Positions 1 to 10,600 of a stretch of 34,680 nt of DNA are shown piece by piece. This stretch comes from Deltaproteobacteria bacterium. GTDB lineage: Bacteria > UBA10199 > SPLOWO2-01-44-7. Position numbers and translations under genes: made by a program. The first letter of the stretch is position 1. The number at the start of each line of letters is the position of its first letter. The stretch covers positions 1 through 34,680 of the forward strand of contig JAUYJH010000061.1 of the NCBI GenBank assembly GCA_030688705.1, in the 5' to 3' direction. Under the pieces are notes generated by a model, which worked only from the letters and a program-made list of their open reading frames with translations, was not told the origin of the DNA and searched no databases.

Positions 1-40
1 ATCTACCCCTCTTTTTAGTCCTTCTCCCGTTAAGATTCCA

Positions 41-3000
41 TTGATTTTTAAATTAGCACAAGTGGAGGTACTACAGGGAAAATCGGATATTGAATTTGAA
101 ATCGAATTTATTGAAGAAAAAGTGGTGCCGAAATTAAGGGCAAAAGGGATTTTGAATCAACGTCCTCTAAATTATAACAAGCCTCATTCTGCTGGCTGGA
201 CTCTCTTGGCATGGGCCCGACGGTTGCCAGCGGGTAGAGTACGCACCGATTTTTTTGATTTTACTCTTTCCAAACTAATCGATTTGGGTCTGGTTCAAAA
301 TATTTCTGATTTGGAATCCAAAAATTCAGGGTCAGTAGGATCACAAATACTGAAAGTTATCTCTTTGGCCGGCACTCAAGTCAATTATCTCTTATCAATG
401 GGGCTGTCTATTTTAGTGGAGGAGAATATCTTATCACCATCGGAATTGCGAAACTCATTTCGGGTGGAAACAGGGAACTGGCTTGAAAGCCTTTGTCTCG
501 TTGCTAAAAATGGGGGTGAATATTCCTGGAATTTTTTTCAATTTGGCTTGCCCACGCTTATACACGCGGGCTTAATCCGCAAAAAACATCTGGATGAGGA
601 TTTGCGTTATGAACCCGGATCTCTTATTGATGAGACGTCTCGTCTGCCTAAAACTTTACAAGGCGGTTGGGATTATTTTGAAAAACTGGTTCCCGACTGT
701 TTGGCCTATTTGGAAGAGGCATCTTCGGAAGATGTGGCCCGTTTTATCAGAGAAACTTCGGAAGAGGCCAAGAAATTTTACAATAGCGGCAATAACATGC
801 GTTGGTATTCGGTCGTTCAGCCGTTTCCGACATTGCTCCCTCTCGATCAGCCGGCTCTTCTTTTGTCAGTATTGGGTGAAGTAAGAGAAAATCCAGCCAG
901 CCCAGCCCTGATCCGTTTTTTGGAAAAAAAGAGAAATTGGCATTTGGCCCGCCCAGAAAATTTGGAAGATATCTATCAAGTGGGGCGTTATGCTGATTTT
1001 ATTGCCACACTGACACAGACTGGCCAAGCAACGCAAAACTATCTCGAAACTCTTGATCTGTCGGCGTTGATAAAAAACTATCGCGGGCGCGCATCTACTG
1101 AAATTGTGCATATAGCCGAACTGCTGGAAAATTTTTCCGCCGGTCTGGGAGACAACTGGTTAAAAAAAGGAGCTTTCGACGTCCGCGAACTCGATGAGAA
1201 TAGAAAATCCATTACCATTGATAATCTCGATCAAGTTTATGCTACCGTCTATATTTTAAAAAGAACCCATCCGGAGAAACTAAAGGATATTATCTTCAGT
1301 TGGGACAATGGGATAAATCGCCGACTTTCTTTAGGCGATTTGAGCCGTTTTATTCTGACGGCATACAGATTAAGAGAAATTTTTGGAGATGAGAAAAATC
1401 CCCTCAAGGATATTTTTACGAATTTGGATGTCCTCGCACTCGATTTAAATTTAACTAACGTTCCCCGGGAATTTTTTGATATTGCGGGTTTGGAAAAAGT
1501 CCGATCCGAAACGAACCAATACACGAATAACATTGGAGGGGATCAATTCGTGCTGTTGTTGGGGCAAGCCGTTACGATTGCGCCGATAAAATCCATAGGC
1601 ATTGATAATATGGTAGAGGCAATGAAAGGATGGTCGCGGATAGAAAAAATTTCTGATGTTGATTTAAGCCGGGATGTCAGTCCCCGTTATCTGCTTTTGG
1701 CACAGCATGCGGGCACTCGTGTACGCGATTATTTCGAAAATAATCCAGAGGAGTTAAGATGGCGCTACGACCAGGCCGAAGTTTTGGCCGTTCTTAAACG
1801 GTTGGGAAGATCCATGAGACCGGCACCGGAGGTTGCCATTTTATCCTCTCCAATACCGCCGGAAACACCATTACTTTTGAAAAAAGAACCAAAAAAAGAG
1901 GCCGAATCTCCCAAAAAACAGTGGCCGATTACAAAAAATATTTCCAAGCCTGTGCCACCAATTTTACAACCCACGGATCACTTTGTAGAGTGGGTGGAAA
2001 GAGTGGAAATGGAAGGCATTTCGTTGGGTGATCCTCGATTGAGCGGGATTCGCTTAGACAATCCAAAAACATTACAGTCCATCAGAAAAGAAGTCGCGGA
2101 CAAAACGACACGAGAGAGGGGAGACCGTTTTATACACAGAATTTATGATCGGTTTTTTAGAGATCCTGTTACAACCGATAATGCGGGTGAATATTATCAT
2201 ATCGCACGGGGCATTCTTTACTATCCTGACTCTTTCTATCATGACTGGGGCAATTTTGCCGTGAGTCGTCTTATCGGTTGGCTTGGCAGGGCATCGGAAG
2301 ATGACGTTCAATCCATATCGGACTCGGAAGAAATGCTACAGTGGTTGAGAAACAATTCTCACTTGGATCAAAAAGGATCCGATGTAAAGAAGGCTGTGGA
2401 TGGGATTTTGAATGGCAGGTTTGGCTATGTTCTTCAAAAAGGATGGGCTAAAACCGTCGGAAAATTTACGAGACCCTCAAAGGGAATTGCCAAGGAGCTT
2501 GAGGGAAAATTGGAATTCACGAATGTTTCAGGGGCGCTCCCGGGATTTCAAATCAAAAAAATCCTGATTCAAGGAAAACATCAAGCCACACTGATTATTG
2601 GAGATCCAAAAAAAGGTGCGCATGCTGAACTCAAAATAAGACCGGGGACAGACGGCATATCGCATGCGGCCGTTGAAGGAGAGTTGGGTAGCCGCCTTCA
2701 GTATCAAGGGCCGGTGTTGATGGTTTCCGGAGGAAACAAGGGGGTGGAGATAATGATTGAAAAGGGAAAGATCGTTAATTCCGTTTTTGACCCCAACCGG
2801 CTTGACGGTTATCTAATCGTCTATTCTGATGGAACTCTTCACATCGCCGACAAAAGGTACTTGAAACTTTCGGAACTGACCCGAAAAAAGGAGGATCGTT
2901 CTGTTCTTCTGGATCTTAAAGACCCGAATGACTTTAAGCGCTTTTTAGAAATATCGAAAGAGGAGCGTCTTTCCATTGTGGCTTCTCTGCTTTTTAAAAA

Positions 3001-3313
3001 CCGGCACGGTGAAAATTACACAAATCAAAATGATTATCCAACGGAGCGGCGGTTTTTACTCGAATTCAATGACGGACGATTCGGCATTTTGGATACGGAA
3101 GGGGGCGGGCACACAATTAATGATTTGCTTTCCGTGGCATGGAGACTTTCTGGGGTAGAGAAGGCTCTCTATTGTGATACGGGGATGTATGATCTGGCCA
3201 GTTATTATCTCTATCCGAATGGACAAAAAGGAGAAAGACGTGCCGTTCGAGTCGGCCATGTCGATGCCGACAAGTCATCGAATCGGCTTATATTTTATAA
3301 TAATGGAGAGTAA
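41..3313 (+). CDS. Large hypothetical protein (>=1090 aa); C-terminal ~240 aa resemble the phosphodiester glycosidase/NAGPA (DUF2233) pattern; possibly 5'-truncated by the window edge
   Basis: Longest ORF in its frame. The first start candidate is TTG at 41, but the frame is open back to nt 2, so the gene may begin upstream of the window. No P-loop or other catalytic motif seen in the first ~800 aa. Pro/Lys-rich linker PPETPLLLKKEPKKEAESPKK. C-terminal segments DGYLIVYSDGTLHIAD and FNDGRFGILDTEGGGHTINDLLSVAWRLSGVEKALYCDTGMYD loosely fit NAGPA/DUF2233. The CDS is solid; the domain call is weak. Confidence 0.7.
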   Translation: MIFKLAQVEVLQGKSDIEFEIEFIEEKVVPKLRAKGILNQRPLNYNKPHSAGWTLLAWARRLPAGRVRTDFFDFTLSKLIDLGLVQNISDLESKNSGSVGSQILKVISLAGTQVNYLLSMGLSILVEENILSPSELRNSFRVETGNWLESLCLVAKNGGEYSWNFFQFGLPTLIHAGLIRKKHLDEDLRYEPGSLIDETSRLPKTLQGGWDYFEKLVPDCLAYLEEASSEDVARFIRETSEEAKKFYNSGNNMRWYSVVQPFPTLLPLDQPALLLSVLGEVRENPASPALIRFLEKKRNWHLARPENLEDIYQVGRYADFIATLTQTGQATQNYLETLDLSALIKNYRGRASTEIVHIAELLENFSAGLGDNWLKKGAFDVRELDENRKSITIDNLDQVYATVYILKRTHPEKLKDIIFSWDNGINRRLSLGDLSRFILTAYRLREIFGDEKNPLKDIFTNLDVLALDLNLTNVPREFFDIAGLEKVRSETNQYTNNIGGDQFVLLLGQAVTIAPIKSIGIDNMVEAMKGWSRIEKISDVDLSRDVSPRYLLLAQHAGTRVRDYFENNPEELRWRYDQAEVLAVLKRLGRSMRPAPEVAILSSPIPPETPLLLKKEPKKEAESPKKQWPITKNISKPVPPILQPTDHFVEWVERVEMEGISLGDPRLSGIRLDNPKTLQSIRKEVADKTTRERGDRFIHRIYDRFFRDPVTTDNAGEYYHIARGILYYPDSFYHDWGNFAVSRLIGWLGRASEDDVQSISDSEEMLQWLRNNSHLDQKGSDVKKAVDGILNGRFGYVLQKGWAKTVGKFTRPSKGIAKELEGKLEFTNVSGALPGFQIKKILIQGKHQATLIIGDPKKGAHAELKIRPGTDGISHAAVEGELGSRLQYQGPVLMVSGGNKGVEIMIEKGKIVNSVFDPNRLDGYLIVYSDGTLHIADKRYLKLSELTRKKEDRSVLLDLKDPNDFKRFLEISKEERLSIVASLLFKNRHGENYTNQNDYPTERRFLLEFNDGRFGILDTEGGGHTINDLLSVAWRLSGVEKALYCDTGMYDLASYYLYPNGQKGERRAVRVGHVDADKSSNRLIFYNNGE

Positions 3314-3316
3314 ACA

Positions 3317-6300
3317 ATGACGACGACAATCGATAAAATTATCAGGGCTTATGCCGAGGACCCTGCAGGCTTGACCCCGGATGAGTGTCAAAATTTTGGA
3401 TGGACGGAAAGACAATGTGAAGTTTGGATGAAAGCATTGGGCAAAGGGAGCGAAGGCATTATTACATCTTACGATCAGGTTTTACTGGAAAAAGCGGGGT
3501 TTACAAAAAGTTTTTTGCAGGAATTGGCAGGAAAAGACGGTAAAAAAGCCCTGCAGAATCGCGTTCGTTGGATGAAGGAGCATATCGGCACCAAATTATT
3601 TCGCAGTGACTATAATGATGAAACAAGAAATGCCATGGCAACCGAACTGGGCCAGATCGGCTCTGACGCCAAAGAATCTGTTCCGTTTCTTCTTAAAATT
3701 CTCAAAAATGGCAATCCGGAAATTCGCGCCAGCGCGGCCCGGTCTTTGGGGCAAATCAGATCAAATGCCGACATTGTTGTCCCCTCTCTTGCAGCAGCCC
3801 TAACCGATCCGGACGTTTATGTGAGATGGTTTGCGGCCAGGGCACTGGGCCGTATCGGCAAGGAGGCACAGGCGGCAGTGCCCGCGCTCGTCATGGCGAT
3901 GCAGGATGAGTCAGTATATGTCCGGCGAAGTGTGGTTACTTCATTAGGCCAGATCGAATTGTTCAATGCCGAGGTGGTCGGAGCCATGATTGCCGTGCTG
4001 GAAAAAGAGGGGGAGGAAGAATTAATTTTAGGGGCCATTCAGGTTTTGGGCAAGGCAGGCCCCAACGCAAAAGAGGCCGTTCCTATTTTGGCGGCGGAGC
4101 TGCAAAAATGGCAAAAATTTGAGACATGGAAGGAGAGTCGAGATAAAGGAGTGAATTGGTATCATAAGTCGTATCAAGGGTTTATTGAACGATATTCCGA
4201 TTCATCTTCCTCCAGAAGAAAAGCATTGTTGCATGCATTAGTGCAGATGCCACCCACTGCAGAGTCGATCATTCCGGTATTCGAAGAAGTAGAGGAATAT
4301 ATACACTGGAGAAGTTCCTTGGGCTACCATTCTGATATTAGACTTCTTCTTAGTTCCTTCGGTCCCGATGCCAAGGATACAGTGCCCGCACTTATCGAAG
4401 CATTAAAAGACGAAAATGAATCGGTGCGTGGAAATGCTATTAAGGCTTTAGGTCAAATCGGTCCCGGCGCTGAAAAAGCAATTTCACCACTTTTTTCAAT
4501 CATTAAAAATAAAGAAAACTCGGGAGATATGAGAAGAGAGACAGCGGAGGTTTTGGGAAAAATCATTTTTGGTTATAATAATGAGGAGGTGGTCTCAACT
4601 TTGATTGGCATTTTGGAGGATGAAAAAGAAGAATGGGACATACGAAAAAACGCTGCCCTAGCCTTGGGCCGGGTCAATTTTGGCACAGAAACTGTTTTGT
4701 CGCCTGTCATTGAAAAGTATTTTGAATCGGCGGTTGTAGAAGAAGGTAGCAAATCTGTTCTGTCTGCTTTCGGTTCCGCCGCCGTTCCATTTCTTGTTTC
4801 GGCCTTGAATGATAAAAGAATCGATGCCAGAAAGTTGGCTATCATGACATTGGCCGAAATTAGTGAACGCGATGACAAGGTTAAGTGGGATAAGTTACCG
4901 GTGTCTGATGTGAAGATGGGATTGATATATGGAGACAGAGTAGTTCAAATAAATACCGCACGTCTTTTGGGTAAAATCGGCCCCGGTGCAGAAGAGGCTA
5001 TTCCATGGCTTGTCCGCGCGTTGTTGCGCGCCGATGAGGAATACTTGAAAAGATCGATTATCAGAGCTCTGGGGAAAATAGGTTCCGAACAGGCTCTTTC
5101 AGGTCTTGTCCGTTATTTGAACGAAGGAAAATACAAAGGTTCATTACTTTTAAGTATTGATCAGTTAGACCAAACAGAGGAGGAGGCGAAAAGGCAGTGG
5201 TTTAGCCATAGCACAACTTCCCATGTTGTTCGCGCGTTAGCCGATATGGGTTCTCCTGCGGTTCCTCATTTTCTTCGCTGGCTGGAGGAGGGGGAGGCAT
5301 TGGACCAAACGATTCTTTCTGCTTTGGCTTTAATGCAAATGAAGTTGCACACCGACCGGGTTTCCAAGATTTTTCTTATGGGACTCGAGGATAAGAATGA
5401 AGGTATGAAATTGGCCGCTGCTCTGGCCTTGAGCCAAATGAAATTGCACGCTGACGCGGCCACCCCCATTTTATTGGATAGTCTAAAAAAATCTAAGAGA
5501 GAAAAAAATGGAGAATTTTACAGGGGGATAATTATAAATGCTTTGTCCCGATTCGGTTTTCATAACGGGGAAACAATTTTGGAATTTATTGCGGCATGTA
5601 GAGATGACTACCGGCCCTTGAGAGAGAGCGGTGAAAAAGCCCTTCTCAAGCTCGGCCCTGACGCTAAAGAGGCCATTCCCGATCTTGTTACGGCATCGAA
5701 AGACAAGGATGAAGAGGTGAGACGCCTTGCCGCTGTTGCACTATCCAAAATTGGCCCCAATACAACAGAAGCAATATTGGCTCTACTCAATTGGCACCGT
5801 GCGGAAGGATCAACGCCCACATATATTTATGAGAGTGCTTTGAATGCGAAATTTGGTGATGATGCTGTTTTTCCCCTCATTGAATTATTGAACAGCCCGG
5901 ATCAAAAAATAAAAACTTTTGCTTTAGAAGTATTGGGACGGATCGGTCCTGATGCTAAGGAGGCAGTGCCTGCTCTTATGGATGCATTAAAGGACGAAAA
6001 TGAGTCGGTGCGAAGTAAAGCCGTAGAGGCTTTAGGACAAATCGGACCGGATGCCAAAGAAGCGGTTCCAGTCCTTTTCAACGCTATGCTTGATGTTTTG
6101 GAATATGCAGAACGAGGCGGTGTTGAAATCCCAGAATCAAAAAATCGGTTTGGGCATTTTATTGATGGTTTGAAATATGGTAGGGGCAGTGGTGATGGCA
6201 GCATGAGACGGCGATCATTGCGGTTGATTTCAGAAAAAAAATTGGTGATATCTCTAATTGAAATGGGGCCTGATGGAATCCGGGCGTTTTTTAGAGTAAT

Positions 6301-7498
6301 TAATGAAAGCTTTGAAGACATGCATATTGAAAAAATCATTTTATCTCTTTTTCAAAACTTCGATTCTTCTATTGTCCCATATCTCGTCAATTTATTGCAT
6401 GATAAAAACAAGTACAATCAATATTCCGCCATACGGGCTTTAGGCCAAATTGGCCCCGTCGCCAAGCTAGCTGTTCCTGTTCTTGCCGCAATATTAAAAA
6501 ATGACAATACAAGTGAACCGATAAAAAAGGTAGCAGCTGGAGCTCTTGACCAAATCGATATTTCTCCAGAAATTAATGTTCTTAAATTAAAGCATGACGA
6601 TCCAGAGACGCGTCAGAATGCCGCAAGAGCCCTAGGTCGGTCAGGTCCCTTTGCCGACAAGGCCGTGCCGCAATTGCTTCAATCTTTACTCTATGACAAT
6701 GAAAATGATGTACGCGTCGCTTCCGCTGTGGCTTTAAAAAATATTGTTGACAGCGATGCCACGTGGGAAGTCTGTCGGGAGTTTAGTCGGGCACTACAGT
6801 ATGACCAAGATGCAAGAGTCAGAGAAGAGATCGCGAAGGCATTCGGTTTTATTGGGTCCTCCGTTCCGGAAATTTTCAGACCGCATCTTGTACGTGCTCT
6901 TTGGGATAAGAATGTAAAAGTTCGTTCCGCCGCCGCTTGGGCCGTGGGAAACATAGGCGGGCCCAAGGCGGTTGGAGCGCTTGGTATAATATTAAAAAAT
7001 GAGAAAGAGGATAAAGAAGTAAGAGAGCATGCTGCCGGAGCCATGGTGAGAATTGGGCTGGCCTCTGTTCCCGAATTGATCACGATATTACAAAATGAAA
7101 AAAGCGTGGATATAAAACTGAAGGCGATATCCATCTTGGGAGGAATCGGATCTGAAGCAAAAGATGCTGTCCCGGTTCTTATTCAAACACTGAAAGACCC
7201 GGTATTAAAAGTGCGCAAAGAGGCCTCAATGGCATTAAGCAGCATTGGCCGTGATGCGGTTCCTCTGCTCATCGAGGCACTGAAAAACGATAATGCCCAT
7301 GTAAGATTGGGTGCGGTCGAGGCTTTGGGTGGGCTGGAAAGTGGCAGTGTTTATGGTTTTTATGATGCTAAATATGATGCTAAAGACGTTATCTTCGCCA
7401 TTTCTGACATCAAAAAGATGAGCCTGACGGACAAAGATCCTCGATGTCGCAAAAGTGCTGAAAAAGTTCTTAATCGGCTTATGGGACAATTACGATAG
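3317..7498 (+). CDS. Giant HEAT-repeat protein (PBS-lyase HEAT-like repeats, ~30 or more units)
   Basis: ATG lies 3 nt after the upstream stop codon, with a GGAGAG SD at 3305-3310. Dozens of ~31-aa repeats of the form VRxxAaxALGxIGpxAkeAvPaLixaLkD, e.g. VYVRWFAARALGRIGKEAQAAVPALVMAMQD and ESVRSKAVEALGQIGPDAKEAVPVLFNAM. Confidence 0.9.
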   Translation: MTTTIDKIIRAYAEDPAGLTPDECQNFGWTERQCEVWMKALGKGSEGIITSYDQVLLEKAGFTKSFLQELAGKDGKKALQNRVRWMKEHIGTKLFRSDYNDETRNAMATELGQIGSDAKESVPFLLKILKNGNPEIRASAARSLGQIRSNADIVVPSLAAALTDPDVYVRWFAARALGRIGKEAQAAVPALVMAMQDESVYVRRSVVTSLGQIELFNAEVVGAMIAVLEKEGEEELILGAIQVLGKAGPNAKEAVPILAAELQKWQKFETWKESRDKGVNWYHKSYQGFIERYSDSSSSRRKALLHALVQMPPTAESIIPVFEEVEEYIHWRSSLGYHSDIRLLLSSFGPDAKDTVPALIEALKDENESVRGNAIKALGQIGPGAEKAISPLFSIIKNKENSGDMRRETAEVLGKIIFGYNNEEVVSTLIGILEDEKEEWDIRKNAALALGRVNFGTETVLSPVIEKYFESAVVEEGSKSVLSAFGSAAVPFLVSALNDKRIDARKLAIMTLAEISERDDKVKWDKLPVSDVKMGLIYGDRVVQINTARLLGKIGPGAEEAIPWLVRALLRADEEYLKRSIIRALGKIGSEQALSGLVRYLNEGKYKGSLLLSIDQLDQTEEEAKRQWFSHSTTSHVVRALADMGSPAVPHFLRWLEEGEALDQTILSALALMQMKLHTDRVSKIFLMGLEDKNEGMKLAAALALSQMKLHADAATPILLDSLKKSKREKNGEFYRGIIINALSRFGFHNGETILEFIAACRDDYRPLRESGEKALLKLGPDAKEAIPDLVTASKDKDEEVRRLAAVALSKIGPNTTEAILALLNWHRAEGSTPTYIYESALNAKFGDDAVFPLIELLNSPDQKIKTFALEVLGRIGPDAKEAVPALMDALKDENESVRSKAVEALGQIGPDAKEAVPVLFNAMLDVLEYAERGGVEIPESKNRFGHFIDGLKYGRGSGDGSMRRRSLRLISEKKLVISLIEMGPDGIRAFFRVINESFEDMHIEKIILSLFQNFDSSIVPYLVNLLHDKNKYNQYSAIRALGQIGPVAKLAVPVLAAILKNDNTSEPIKKVAAGALDQIDISPEINVLKLKHDDPETRQNAARALGRSGPFADKAVPQLLQSLLYDNENDVRVASAVALKNIVDSDATWEVCREFSRALQYDQDARVREEIAKAFGFIGSSVPEIFRPHLVRALWDKNVKVRSAAAWAVGNIGGPKAVGALGIILKNEKEDKEVREHAAGAMVRIGLASVPELITILQNEKSVDIKLKAISILGGIGSEAKDAVPVLIQTLKDPVLKVRKEASMALSSIGRDAVPLLIEALKNDNAHVRLGAVEALGGLESGSVYGFYDAKYDAKDVIFAISDIKKMSLTDKDPRCRKSAEKVLNRLMGQLR

Positions 7499-7586
7499 AT
7501 AATAGTTCATTTTTCTAAATAATATCAGCTAGTTATGTTTATCCTCAAAAAAATCTCCTTTTCCAAAGCAACCTTTTTTGAAAACT

Positions 7587-7596
7587 GCCGATAACT
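7587..7596 (+). promoter_or_regulatory. GCCGATAACT box (sigma-28-type -10-like) upstream of the TSP3 protein gene
   Basis: GCCGATAA matches the FliA/SigD -10 consensus and sits 20 nt before the GTG start. No good TAAA -35 at the expected spacing (only CAAAG, about 4 nt off). Confidence 0.2.
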
Positions 7597-7614
7597 CTAG
7601 CGGAGGTCAAAGAC

Positions 7615-10600
7615 GTGTCAAAGTATTCCATTACGGCCTTGTTTCTCTTTAGTCTGATTCTTGCGGGATCCGTTTGGGCGGACCATGAAACAGGGCATTG
7701 CATTGTAACAAGCTCCAGTGGCAATTTTGAACAAGGGTCCTTTCTAACTCATTTGAGAAATGCCTCCTGCAATAAAATTACTTTCGAAGTATACAGGGTA
7801 AGCCCATTGATGTCGTTTCCATATCTGGATGGTGGAAAAGTAATTGAAGGAAAAAACGGAATAGAAATTCGATATATTCAGGAAGGGGCCGCAGTTTTTG
7901 CCAACGGAAGACTACAGACATTTCATTGGGCCAACGACGATTACAAAGCTTGTCTCTTACGCATTATTCCTTTGCCTCCTAATAACAGTACTCTTGGCGT
8001 CACCATCTCCAACCTTACAATTATCAACCCATACGGCGAAGGAATTTGCGTACGGGAAAACGGCGGAAAGATTATTCATCAAAGCAAAATTTCAAATGTA
8101 ATAGTAAGGGCCAAAACCATCGGCATTAACCTTGCCCGCAGTGATCTTAATCTGATTGAAAGAAGTACGCTGGAGTCCGTTTCGGGCGCTGGTGATAGTA
8201 TCGGTGTCGTAATGGAGAGAAGGGCCAACCGAATCGAAAGGGGGACGATCACCGGTTTTAAAAATGGCGTGGTCATTCGGGGAGCTGAAGCCGTCCTCAA
8301 TAAAATCAACGGAACTCATTTTTTGAAAATGACGGGTGAGCCGGTCGTCTTTGCCGAAGGGGACGCTTATGTACCGACCGATCTCTGGCAGGCTTTTTCT
8401 TCCGGAAACCAATATCATCTGACCGGACTGGTTTCTACGTTGACGCGAGCGGTCGACCTCTACAAAATTACGACAGAGAGTGGCGGTACGAATTACCGCT
8501 ATACTTCTTCATTCGAACTCGGAACCCTTTTTCCGCACTCGACAAACAGAGATAAAACACGGTTTGTCATCCCTTTATCGACCAGCCAAATCGATTTTTC
8601 GCGGGAAAAAATTGCCATCATGGCCAAGGTGGCGCTCGCCCGTTTTTCTTCCCCACTCTCTAAGGGGTACAATCAGAGTACGGGGCTCGATGGCAATGCA
8701 CCGGTTGTTGGCGGCACCGCGTGCGCCAACGCAGACTGGTTTTGGATCTCCTTTGACCGGCGGCCGGGAGGGAGGCGTTTGGACCCTTATGCCCGCTCTC
8801 CATATCGCGGCTGGGAGGTCGACTATGACGGTGATGGAATAAAAAACTCTTGCACACAGGAAAGATGCACCGATCTGCGCCTCGGAGAAGATTTAAACCG
8901 CGACTGTCGAGTGCAATCCAACGAAACCGATCCGACCGACCCTAACAGTTATTTTGGCGCCCCTGTCCCGGCCGATCCGAACGCCGATCGCGATGGAGAC
9001 AGAACCCGCGATACCGATGACAACTGTCCGACGGTGGCCAACGCCGACCAGCGCGATTCCGACGGCGACGGTATCGGCGATGCCTGCCAAGCCCTGCGGG
9101 CCGGGGATCCCCGTTGTCTCTCCTCGAGGGCCCATCCTCAAGATGCCGATTGCGACGGGGTTCCCAATATTGTCGATAACTGCCCTTATCATCCCAATGC
9201 CGATCAAAAAGATACCGACGGCGACAGCGTGGGCGATGCCTGCGACTTTGACATGGATAATGACGGATTGACCAACGAAGAAGAACTCGCCGGTTGTCTC
9301 GATGCGGCAGGCCAGCCGGATCCGAACAAAGTCATCGGCCGCGACTGCACCGATCCCTTAAAACCCGATACCGACGGCGACCGCGTTTGCGACGGGCCCG
9401 CTTGGGGTTTTGGCGGTGCCTGTATTCGCCCTCTCGATAATTGTCCTCTTGTGAGCAACGGGGAGCAGACCGACCTTGATGAAGATACCCTCGGCGATGC
9501 CTGTGACGCCGCTCCCCAGCAATGGCTGGGCAACGTTGACTCCGACGGCGACGGCGTATCGGACGAAACGGACAACTGCCCCGCGATTTTTAATCCGTCG
9601 CAAGCAGACAGCGACAACGACGGCGTCGGCGATCCCTGTGATTCTGATGATGACAATGACGGTTTGGACGATGCCACCGAGAGCGGCATCTTTGATCCCC
9701 GCTTGAGAATGAATATCAACCATCGAAACCATCTGAATGCCGATATCGATCGCGACGGCATTGTGGACGGTGTCGATCCGTGCCCCAATTATCCGGCAAC
9801 GGGTCCCGCAAACGCAACATGCGGCGGCTATCCCGCCGATGACCTGGACAATGACGGCGTAAGGGGGGCCGCGGACAATTGCCCGAATATCCCCAACAAA
9901 GACCGGCGCGACACCGATCTCGACGGCCAGGGGGATGCCTGCGATTTGGATGATGATAATGACGACGGAGACGAAGCCGAATGCCGTGACTATCTTTTAG
10001 CGCAAAACGGGGCGGCAAACATCGCCGCCAGAAACGGCGTCAATTGCACAGCCGCCGATTGCGGGCGCACCTGCGATTTTGATGAGAGCGCCAACGCGAG
10101 ACTTTTTCCGTGGGATCCGAACAGCGATCATAGAGACGGCGCCATTTTTCAGCCTGCCGACGGGTTGTGCGACGGCGCGGGAACCGGATACGACAGAACC
10201 GGTACGCGGACACGGTGCGCGCCTTCTGACTTATGTCCCGAATATTACAACCCGCAAGGAACCGAAAACAGTCTCTGCGGGCCTGGTTTGAGTTTTTCGG
10301 AATCGACCGGCCCTGACGGCGATGGTGACGGCGTTCCCGATGCGCGGGATAATTGTCCCTCCGCCAACAACCCGGATCAGTCCGACATCAACCGCAACGG
10401 CGTGGGTGATGCCTGCGATCCTGACATCGACGGCGACGGCATTCCAAATGAATCGGATAATTGCCCGGTGATTTTCAACCGGTCGCAAAGCGATACCGAC
10501 GGCGATGGTTTGGGCGATCTCTGCGATCCCAATCCTTCAAGCCATGTTTCAACGAATGTGCGCGGTTCCGGATGCAGTCTTTCCGGCAAAGGTTCATGGG

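Noticed and set aside
7499-7614. Rho-independent terminator after the HEAT-repeat gene (TCAAAAAAA ... TTTTTTGA).
   Set aside because: The only complementarity is an A/T-only stem with no GC clamp, which is not convincing as a terminator.
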